A stretch of DNA of 64,000 nucleotides from the NCBI GenBank assembly GCA_023665205.1, contig JAMPEJ010000005.1, positions 10,331 through 74,330 of the forward strand, in the 5' to 3' direction. This DNA is from Corallococcus sp. GTDB taxonomy: Bacteria > Bacillota > Clostridia > Christensenellales > CAG-314. A program made the translations under genes and the position numbers. This document shows positions 1-7,165 of the stretch, in pieces. The notes beneath the pieces are model-generated. The model saw only the letters and a program-made list of their open reading frames with translations, searched no databases and was not told where the DNA came from. Numbering within the stretch: position 1 is the stretch's first letter; each line of letters opens with the position of its first letter.

Positions 1-149
1 TTTGTTCCAGTGTCGCCGTCGGGAACGGGAAATACGTTCAAGGCGTCTACCTGCGCCTTGTTTACTTCCAACATTTTTCCGCCGGAAATAAACATACGCT
101 TCATTACCGAAGCGGTGATATGCGTTGTGTTAGAATATGCAGAAGACAT
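1..149 (-). CDS. fakA: DAK2-domain fatty acid kinase subunit FakA/YloV (5' part only, runs off the window)
   Basis: Manual translation MSSAYSNTTHITASVMKRMFISGGKMLEVNKAQVDALNVFPVPDGDTGT contains the LNVFPVPDGDTGT signature; AGGAG SD; downstream of asp23 as in the rpmB/yloU/yloV locus. Confidence 0.92.
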   Translation of the reverse strand, partial: MSSAYSNTTHITASVMKRMFISGGKMLEVNKAQVDALNVFPVPDGDTGT

Positions 150-189
150 CAGATTCTCCTTGGAGTTTTAGCGATAGTAAATTGTTAAA

Positions 190-540
190 TTACAGTTTAA
201 CACCAACCACGTGGACGTCGATAGTATCCACAATCATACCGGTAAAGTGTTCCAAACCGTATTTTACGGTTCTTTTCAAACTTTCGCTTGTTGCCGAAAC
301 GGGCAGACCGTATTTGAACTTGACGTACAAATCTACAAAAATTCTATCCCCTTTGGTGGCTACGCGTACGCCGCGGCTTTTTCCGTTGCGTCTGAAAATA
401 TCCGTAAAAGCGTCGGAAAAACCAAACGGCACCATTTCCACTACGCCGTAGCACTCGGTTGCAAAATAACCCGCAAGAGAGGCAATCACGTCATCGGACA
501 CGGTAAGCGTGCCGTAAGAATTGTTAGTGCGCAATGCCAA
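190..540 (-). CDS. Asp23/Gls24 family protein (YloU-like)
   Basis: GTLTVSDDVIA..ECYGVVEM..SRGVRV..VDLYV..YG..IDVHVVGV; AAAGGAGGTG SD; synteny with fakA and rpmB. Confidence 0.92.
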   Translation of the reverse strand: MALRTNNSYGTLTVSDDVIASLAGYFATECYGVVEMVPFGFSDAFTDIFRRNGKSRGVRVATKGDRIFVDLYVKFKYGLPVSATSESLKRTVKYGLEHFTGMIVDTIDVHVVGVKL

Positions 541-568
541 TTTGATTTCACCTCCTTTTAACTATAAT

Positions 569-597
569 ATTTTACATCATAATGCGCTTTTTAACAA
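569..597 (-). promoter_or_regulatory. sigma-A promoter for asp23-fakA
   Basis: TTGTTA-N17-TAAAAT on the minus strand. Confidence 0.55.
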
Positions 598-1079
598 GTA
601 TATTTTGCCGAAAATCGTCGTAAATGACAAAAAATGCATATTTGTAAGCGCGTTTTAATGCATTTTTATTCTATTTAGGATATTTTTGAATTATAAATAT
701 TCTAAATTAGAGATAATATTGCAAGTTGTGAAACATTGGGAAACATTACAAACAGAAGATAAACCGGCGATAAAAGGCACACAAAAACTGCCTGTTACAA
801 CAAACAAAACTCGCTGATAGATCAACAAAAAAACGCTTTGTAATGAAAGCCGCATTTACCGCTAAACGCTGACGACTGTCCGAGTCTCAACATTTGCAGC
901 CATTAAGAAATATAAACCTTGCTTTAGAGCAGCCAACCGTTACGTCGAACAATCCGAAAGGCGCAGTAAAATAACTGTAAACAAGAAAGCAATAATCGCT
1001 ACCGCATCAGGAACAATAAAAGCAAACGGAGCGTGTAACCAAACAATGATACAAACGCAAAAAAGTTGTATCATTTTGC

Positions 1080-1108
1080 TTGCCAAAAGGGCAAATAAGT
1101 GGTAATAT
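1080..1108 (+). promoter_or_regulatory. sigma-A promoter of rpmB
   Basis: TTGCCA-N17-TAATAT with TGn extension (an overlapping TATAAT lies at 1106-1111). Confidence 0.55.
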
Positions 1109-1156
1109 AATCTAGCATGATTTACTAAACGTTTAACTGACACGGAGGTGTGCGAT

Positions 1157-1342
1157 ATGTCGAAAGTATGTGCAATATGCGGAAAGGGCAAGATGTCCGG
1201 TAATCTTGTTAGCCACTCTAACAGAAAGACCCCTAAAACTTACAGCGCCAATTTGAAAAAGGTGAAAGTGGAAATCAACGGAAAGGAATCCACAGAGTAC
1301 GTTTGCACCCGCTGCATCAGAACCGCCAATAAAGAAAACTGA
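1157..1342 (+). CDS. rpmB: 50S ribosomal protein L28 (Zn-ribbon type)
   Basis: MSKVCAICGK..GNLVSHSNRKT..ANLKKVK..VCTRCIR; GGAGGTG SD before ATG 1157. Confidence 0.97.
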   Translation: MSKVCAICGKGKMSGNLVSHSNRKTPKTYSANLKKVKVEINGKESTEYVCTRCIRTANKEN

Positions 1343-1361
1343 TATAATTTATAGTTTATCG

Positions 1362-1389
1362 AAAGGCTCTCGAAACCGAGAGCCTTTTT
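1362..1389 (+). terminator. intrinsic terminator of rpmB
   Basis: aaaggctctcg-aaac-cgagagccttttt hairpin plus T tract. Confidence 0.85.
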
Positions 1390-1431
1390 GTTTACTCAAA
1401 GAGGCGGCGCAGTATTAGGCCGGAGCTTGAC

Positions 1432-1486
1432 AACTTTACAAAACTTTACACACACTGTTGAAAAAGGGAGCATATTGTGTTACAAT
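1432..1486 (+). promoter_or_regulatory. sigma-A promoter of the PAP2 gene with an upstream direct repeat
   Basis: TTGAAA(1458)-N17-TACAAT(1481) with TG extension; AACTTTACA repeated at 1432 and 1442. Confidence 0.55.
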
Positions 1487-1559
1487 TCTATTGCAATTGT
1501 TGCGCGCAAATTTTTGCAAGTAAAAGGTTTTGGATGTGCAGCAAAAGGAGAAGGAGCGT

Positions 1560-2804
1560 ATGTTAAATTTACTGTGCGCAGGAGAAATCGGACGTACTTG
1601 GGAATTAGGTTTTGAAATACCTTTTATCACTTGGCTGCAAAGTCTGGGCGGTAAAGGCAGTTTTTTGTACTACCTGATGAACTTTATTTCCATGTTCGGC
1701 GAAGAAATGGTTTTGGTGGGCGTACTGGGGCTTGTATATTGGGGCTTGGACAAGCACCGCGGCGAAAAAATAGGACTTTTTATGGTAACGGCAACGCTGT
1801 TGAATCCGCTTGTTAAAAATATTGCCTGCCGCACGCGTCCTTTTGATGCGCACGTGGGCACCGTACACAACTTCCGCGACGTTTCCGGATACTCATTCCC
1901 GAGCGGACACTCGTCGGGATCCGCCTCCGTGTTTCTTGGCACGGCGCTTGCTTATAACGACAAACCCAAGCGTAAATGGCTTTGGATAAGCGGCGCAATT
2001 ATTCCTGTGCTGGTGGCACTTAGCCGCAACTACTTGGGAGCGCACTACCCCACGGACGTAATTGCGGGACTAGCTATGGGCGTAGGCGTAATATTCTTGA
2101 TGAATTGGCTGATAAAAATTGTACCGAACAAGTACTTTGTGTACGGCGGCGTGTTGCTTATCGGTTTTGCGGGATTTTTCTATTGCAAAACAAGCGACTT
2201 CTACACAAGCTACGGATTGGCTGTCGGCTTTACTTTGGGGCTGCTGTTTGAGGAGAAAGTAACAAAATTCCGCAACACAAAAGTTTGGTGGCGCGTAGTG
2301 CTGCGCGTAGTTATTGGCGGAGCGCTGTTTTTGGGACTTAACGAAGGCACAAAAGGAATCGTCGGGGCAATATACAAAGGGTACAAAGATAACGTCTGGT
2401 TCGAACGCATATTCCGCGTGCTGAGATACGCCGTTACGGTATTTTTACTGATAGGCGTGTATCCGCTGCTGTTTGCACAGACGGAAAAACTGTGGAAAAA
2501 GTGGCGTTGGCTGCAAACCGACGAAACGGCGACGGGACGGCTACCAAAAGAACAAATTGACGAGGACAATGTGCCGACCGAAAACGATACGACTAGCACC
2601 GCCGCTGCGCAAACGGATGCAACGACACAAACAAGCGTAGAAAGTGCCGACACAGCGGAAAGAAAAGAGAACGTAAATACCGACGATACTCTCAAAAATC
2701 CAGAAAATGCCGACGATGCGGAGAATAAGACGAAAAAGCGTAAAATCCGCGCAAAAAAGCATACCGACGGTAACGTTGCAGAAAACGCCGAAACAAGCGA
2801 ATGA
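1560..2804 (+). CDS. PAP2 family membrane phosphatase with a long acidic low-complexity C-terminal tail
   Basis: Motifs KNIACRTRP, PSGH, SRNYLGAHYPTD; several TM helices; AAGGAG SD before ATG 1560. Confidence 0.92.
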   Translation: MLNLLCAGEIGRTWELGFEIPFITWLQSLGGKGSFLYYLMNFISMFGEEMVLVGVLGLVYWGLDKHRGEKIGLFMVTATLLNPLVKNIACRTRPFDAHVGTVHNFRDVSGYSFPSGHSSGSASVFLGTALAYNDKPKRKWLWISGAIIPVLVALSRNYLGAHYPTDVIAGLAMGVGVIFLMNWLIKIVPNKYFVYGGVLLIGFAGFFYCKTSDFYTSYGLAVGFTLGLLFEEKVTKFRNTKVWWRVVLRVVIGGALFLGLNEGTKGIVGAIYKGYKDNVWFERIFRVLRYAVTVFLLIGVYPLLFAQTEKLWKKWRWLQTDETATGRLPKEQIDEDNVPTENDTTSTAAAQTDATTQTSVESADTAERKENVNTDDTLKNPENADDAENKTKKRKIRAKKHTDGNVAENAETSE

Positions 2805-2905
2805 TCCAGGTGAACGACCGTGCAAAAAACGTTTGTAGACTCCCAAAACGCGTTGATGACGCGCACCGCTCCAACCGACTACGGGAATTGAAAACAAACG
2901 GAAAA

Positions 2906-2945
2906 CCGCCACAAGGGCAAATAAAGCCCCGTGGCGGCATTTTTA
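2906..2945 (+). terminator. terminator between the convergent PAP2 and immunity genes
   Basis: ccgccac..gggc/gccc..gtggcgg hairpin followed by a T tract. Confidence 0.65.
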
Positions 2946-3037
2946 TTCGGATCAATTTGAAAGATATTCGATTTATTGCTTTAGAAATAAAATAAAACAA
3001 CGCACGGCATACTTAAAATATGGTAAAGCCGTCTTCC

Positions 3038-3385
3038 TCAACTGTCGTATTTGTAAGGAATTTTGTTTTTGCGTTCGCCCTTGAAGTTTAGAATATAGCC
3101 GTCCTCTACTTTGCACCACCAACGCGGATCCTTTTTCGGCAAGGCCGCCAAAAGCCTTTCATCGGTAACTTCCCACCAATCGCACTCCTTTACAAACTCC
3201 AAATCTTCTATCCGTATTTCGCAATACTTATAGAAATCGTACTCATCGCCTGTTTCAAACATTACGTAAAACAAATTGTCGCGTATTTCCGCGCTCCAAA
3301 TGTTGCCGACTTCGCCTGCATGCACGTTGCACTCGGCATATTCCGGTCTGTCCTTTATTACCCTTACATAGTCAAAGTATTTCAT
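3038..3385 (-). CDS. DUF4926-like (SH3-like) putative immunity protein with a conserved C-terminal extension
   Basis: Pattern D.VRV..D.......aG.vG.I.......y.V.F; ATGA overlap with the upstream toxin; paralog at 21413-21751. Confidence 0.65.
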   Translation of the reverse strand: MKYFDYVRVIKDRPEYAECNVHAGEVGNIWSAEIRDNLFYVMFETGDEYDFYKYCEIRIEDLEFVKECDWWEVTDERLLAALPKKDPRWWCKVEDGYILNFKGERKNKIPYKYDS

Positions 3386-4041
3386 TTTTTATCCATTCCT
3401 CCAAAATAAGAATTACATTTCAGCGTTCCGTCTGGAAAAATCATCCAGTTGGACCACATTTCTATTTCCTTGCCCAGTTTGGGATTCTTACTGGGTATTT
3501 TGAAAATACAATTGATTTTATAACCATATTTATCATGTTTTTCGCATTCATAATTGCCGGAAACATAGGAATCTTTCGTCTTTTGCGCAATTAAATTTTC
3601 AAAATATTCCTTTTCGTCGTCAGCATAGCCACATAAATGATACAAATGCAGCTTACTTTTCCACATATAGTCTATCTTGCCTTCCGTTTCAATTAGTTGT
3701 ATATCCGAAGGTTGCGGATTGCGAATTGGCAACTTTTTGCAATGACAGTTGGGGTGGTACAAACCGCGTTTGGATTGCGGCACGTCCTGCTGCGTATATC
3801 TGCCGTAATCGAATTCCTGCGGCTTTTTATCAACTTCGTCAACAAACCAACAGTGGTTGACGGTGATACATTTCCAGCAATGGTTCTCGACTTTATCCGG
3901 CACCCCGTCTTTGTAAGAAAAATCCTCTATCGTCCATTTGCTTTGGTCATCGTTTATCCTTATCCAGTCGGAAAAGAACGCCTTTGCTTCTTCGTGCACC
4001 GATTGCACGCTGCGAACGGCGTTTACGTTGGTGTTATCCAT
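3382..4041 (-). CDS. Putative polymorphic toxin: MuF-like Cys/His core fused to a DUF6883-like C-terminal domain
   Basis: HCWKC...GLYHPNCHC resembles MuF CxxC..HPNCRC; the C-terminus K.DY..K......GY..KYG.K.....P..W....G.LK resembles DUF6883; AAGGAGGT SD. Confidence 0.6.
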   Translation of the reverse strand: MDNTNVNAVRSVQSVHEEAKAFFSDWIRINDDQSKWTIEDFSYKDGVPDKVENHCWKCITVNHCWFVDEVDKKPQEFDYGRYTQQDVPQSKRGLYHPNCHCKKLPIRNPQPSDIQLIETEGKIDYMWKSKLHLYHLCGYADDEKEYFENLIAQKTKDSYVSGNYECEKHDKYGYKINCIFKIPSKNPKLGKEIEMWSNWMIFPDGTLKCNSYFGGMDKK

Positions 4042-4107
4042 ATTGTATCATACCTCCTTGATATTGGCAACCGTTTGGCTATTATTTGGAACATTTATTC
4101 TAAACGC

Positions 4108-4135
4108 ATTGTATCACCAAAACGCCAATTGTCAA
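4108..4135 (-). promoter_or_regulatory. sigma-A promoter of the toxin-immunity cassette
   Basis: TTGACA-N16-TACAAT with TGn extension. Confidence 0.7.
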
Positions 4136-4190
4136 TAACAAAGGCCGTTTTTTTCTCACAAAATTTTTATCTGCATAATTTGGGGTAACG

Positions 4191-4224
4191 AAAAAGCGGA
4201 AAGAACGTGTTCTTTCCGCTTTTT
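4191..4224 (-). terminator. intrinsic (bidirectional) terminator after pnp
   Basis: Perfect hairpin aaaaagcggaaagaac-gt-gttctttccgcttttt. Confidence 0.88.
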
Positions 4225-4257
4225 GAAATTATAATTTAGCAATGTGCAAACAGTTGC

Positions 4258-4292
4258 CTTTTTGATAAGTTTCAAATCAATTCTTCCCTTGT
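4258..4292 (-). repeat. diverged duplicate of the pnp 3' end (11 codons)
   Basis: 4258-4290 encodes KGRIDLKLIKK, identical to pnp 4323-4355, with 6 nucleotide differences that are all synonymous. Confidence 0.85.
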
Positions 4293-4316
4293 AAGGAAAA
4301 GCGTCTTGCAAGACAA

Positions 4317-6440
4317 TTACAACTTTTTAATAAGTTTAAGGTCGATCCTTCCCTTGTCGTCGATTTTAATAACTTTGACGGTGACTGTATCGTCAATGTT
4401 GACGACGTCCGTTACCTTTTCCACGCGTTCCTTTGCAAGTTTGCTGATATGGATCATACCGTCCTTGCCGGGTGCAAGTTCCACAAACGCGCCGAAATCC
4501 AAGATGCGTACAACTTTGCCGGTGAACTCCTCGCCCACTTCCGGATCTTTGGCAATAGCAAGCACCATTGCTTTGGCTTTGGCGGACATTTCCGCATCGG
4601 CAGTTGCAATAAATACCGTGCCGTCGTCGGTAATGTCGATTTTGACGCCCGTTTCCTCTATAATCTTATTGATAACCTTTCCGCCGCTACCAATAACCTC
4701 TCGGATTTTGTCGGGATCGATAGTAAAGGAAATGATTTTTGGAGCGTATTTGGACAGTTCCGTACGGGGAGCAGGCAGAACTTCCAACATTTTGCTTAGG
4801 ATATACAGACGGCCTTGGCGGGCTTGTTCCAACGCGGTGCGCAGAATATTTTCGTCAATACCCTTGATTTTGATATCCATTTGGATAGCGGTGATTCCCT
4901 TTTCCGTGCCGGCGACTTTGAAGTCCATATCTCCCAAGAAATCTTCCAAGCCTTGAATATCCGACAAAATAGCAACTTTTTTGCCGTCTTCGCTCTTCAT
5001 AAGACCCATAGCGATACCTGCAACGGGCGCCTTTATAGGCACGCCTGCATCCATAAGCGCCAAGGTGCTGCCGCAAATGCTGGCCTGCGACGTGCTGCCG
5101 TTAGAAGAAACGACTTCCGAAACGGTACGGATTGCGTACGGGAACTCGTCTTCCGTTGGAATTACCGGTTCCAAAGCGCGTTCTGCAAGCGCTCCGTGAC
5201 CGATTTCGCGGCGGCCGGGACTGCGCAAAGGTTTTGCTTCGCCCGTAGAATAGCCGGGCATATTGTATTGATGCATATAGCGCTTGTAGGTGTCGTTATC
5301 GTCCAAGTTTTCCAACTTTTGAACTTCGGAAATAGTTCCCAAAGTGCAGGTGGTGATAACTTGCGTCATACCGCGGGTAAATACTCCGCTGCCGTGCACG
5401 CGAGGCAAAACGCCTGCTTCGCACCAAATGGGACGGATTTCCGTAAGTCCTCTGCCGTCGGGACGCACGCCCTCGTTCAATATACGCGCGCGGACTTTTT
5501 CTTTGGTCATCTTGTACAGAATATCGCCGATTTCTCCGACGAGTTCCGGATTTGTTTTTTCAAAATGAGCCACAACGTCGCGCTCGACGGCGTCTTGGTT
5601 TGCCTGACGCTCGTGACGGTCAAACGTTTCCAAAGCCTTGGAAAGCATTTTGTCAGCGTATTTGCGAACGATCTCCTCGTATTCGGGATGAGGAAGATGC
5701 AATTCGATATCCTTTTTGGGCTTGCCTACGTTCTTTACGATAAACTCGATAAACTCGCATTGTTCCTTTATCGCTTCGTGACCGAACAAAATTGCGTCCA
5801 ACATTTCTTTTTCGGAAATTTCGTTAGCGCCGGCTTCTACCATCATTATCGCGTCTTTTGTTCCCGCAAGGTTAAGGTTCAAAAGACTCTTTTCCTTTTG
5901 TTCCTGAGTGGGGTTGATAACGTACTTTCCGTCCACGTAACCCACTACTACGCTGCCGGTAGGTCCGGCAAAGGGAATATCGGAAATAGCAAGGGCTATG
6001 GAACTGCCCATCATTGCATACACTTCCGGCTGAACGTCCGGTTCTACGGACATTGCCGTTGCAACGACGCTGACGTCGTTTAGAAAGCCTTTGGGAAACA
6101 ACGGACGAATGGGACGGTCGATAAGGCGGCTTGTCAATATTGCTTTGTCGCTGGCACGTCCTTCGCGCTTTTTGAACCCTCCGGGGATTTTGCCTACGGA
6201 ATACATTTTTTCCTCGAAATCTACTCCCAAAGGGAAGAAATCGATACCGTCGCGAGGCGCTTTTGCAAGCGTAACGTTGGTCATAACCACGGTTTCGCCA
6301 CAACTTACCATAACGGAGCCGTTTGCCTGTTCGGCATATTTGCCGACTTCAACCTGCACGGTGCGTCCGCCGATTTCCGTTTCGAAGATATGGAAAGGTC
6401 TATTGCCAACCTGTCCGTCGATTTTTTTGAATTTTGCCAT
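4317..6440 (-). CDS. pnp: Polyribonucleotide nucleotidyltransferase (PNPase)
   Basis: GKIPGGFKKREGR, RREIGHG, SNGSTSQAS, GDMDFKVAGT, KH and S1 domains. Confidence 0.99.
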   Translation of the reverse strand: MAKFKKIDGQVGNRPFHIFETEIGGRTVQVEVGKYAEQANGSVMVSCGETVVMTNVTLAKAPRDGIDFFPLGVDFEEKMYSVGKIPGGFKKREGRASDKAILTSRLIDRPIRPLFPKGFLNDVSVVATAMSVEPDVQPEVYAMMGSSIALAISDIPFAGPTGSVVVGYVDGKYVINPTQEQKEKSLLNLNLAGTKDAIMMVEAGANEISEKEMLDAILFGHEAIKEQCEFIEFIVKNVGKPKKDIELHLPHPEYEEIVRKYADKMLSKALETFDRHERQANQDAVERDVVAHFEKTNPELVGEIGDILYKMTKEKVRARILNEGVRPDGRGLTEIRPIWCEAGVLPRVHGSGVFTRGMTQVITTCTLGTISEVQKLENLDDNDTYKRYMHQYNMPGYSTGEAKPLRSPGRREIGHGALAERALEPVIPTEDEFPYAIRTVSEVVSSNGSTSQASICGSTLALMDAGVPIKAPVAGIAMGLMKSEDGKKVAILSDIQGLEDFLGDMDFKVAGTEKGITAIQMDIKIKGIDENILRTALEQARQGRLYILSKMLEVLPAPRTELSKYAPKIISFTIDPDKIREVIGSGGKVINKIIEETGVKIDITDDGTVFIATADAEMSAKAKAMVLAIAKDPEVGEEFTGKVVRILDFGAFVELAPGKDGMIHISKLAKERVEKVTDVVNIDDTVTVKVIKIDDKGRIDLKLIKKL

Positions 6441-6637
6441 AAATATAGTTTCTCCTTTTTATCAAATTCGCAAAACAACTCATGCTGTTTTGCGGCAATA
6501 TCGTCGTTTATTTTGCCGTAAGCGACCGTATTTGTAACGCGAACCAAAAATGCGCCTCGCAAAACAATTTACATTTCCGTTCAATAGTAATAATTTGGGT
6601 TGTTACGACTTATTGGGCTTTGCCAATGACGGCAATA

Positions 6638-6674
6638 AAAAAGGTAAGGCTATGGTTGCAAGCCCCACCTTTTT
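6638..6674 (-). terminator. terminator after rpsO
   Basis: aaaaaggt.ggct..agcc..accttttt imperfect hairpin with A/T tracts. Confidence 0.65.
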
Positions 6675-6682
6675 CGGTTACG

Positions 6683-6937
6683 TTATTTTCTCAAGCCGAG
6701 TTCGGCAATGATTTTACGGTACTTTTCGATATCCGTTTGTTTGAGATAATCCAAAAGCCCCTTTCTGCGACCTACCATTTGCAGCAGACCTCTGCGGCTG
6801 TGGTGATCCTTTTGGTGCGTTTTTAGGTGCTCGGTGAGGTGGTTGATACGCTCTGTGAGCAACGCGATTTGCACTTCCGGCGAACCTGTGTCGCCTTCCT
6901 TTCTGCCAAACTTTGCGATGATTTCCTGTTTGTTCAT
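6683..6937 (-). CDS. rpsO: 30S ribosomal protein S15
   Basis: [29 protein letters not shown]. Confidence 0.99.
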   Translation of the reverse strand: MNKQEIIAKFGRKEGDTGSPEVQIALLTERINHLTEHLKTHQKDHHSRRGLLQMVGRRKGLLDYLKQTDIEKYRKIIAELGLRK

Positions 6938-7165
6938 TGTGTTGTTCTCCTTTTATATATTTGCCGCAATCCGAGAAGAAAGTCGGAGCGATCTATCTTC
7001 CCAGAACACGGTCATCTGCCCAAAAGGCAGTGTTTTACCTAAAATACAGATAATACTGTTTTAACGGCAATCTTATACAGAATACACATTGCGTCTATCG
7101 ACCTAGATAACCGTACGTATTGCGTTTTGCCTCGCGCGTTTATCAACTCGCAGACGTTATGTCAA

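Noticed and set aside
940-1074. Short hydrophobic minus-strand ORF (MIQLFCVCIIVW...) in the asp23-rpmB spacer
   Set aside because: No SD, it abuts the rpmB promoter, and the hydrophobicity follows from the A-rich plus strand; cannot be supported
2520-2804. Acidic Thr/Ala-rich tail of the PAP2 protein as a possible frameshift or fused domain
   Set aside because: It is in frame, low-complexity and has no repeat unit; similar disordered extensions occur on OapA, ScpB and the IspH-S1 linker
6940-7040. Putative S15 autoregulatory leader upstream of rpsO
   Set aside because: Plausible by position and small hairpins, but I could not match a defined consensus, so it is not listed as a feature
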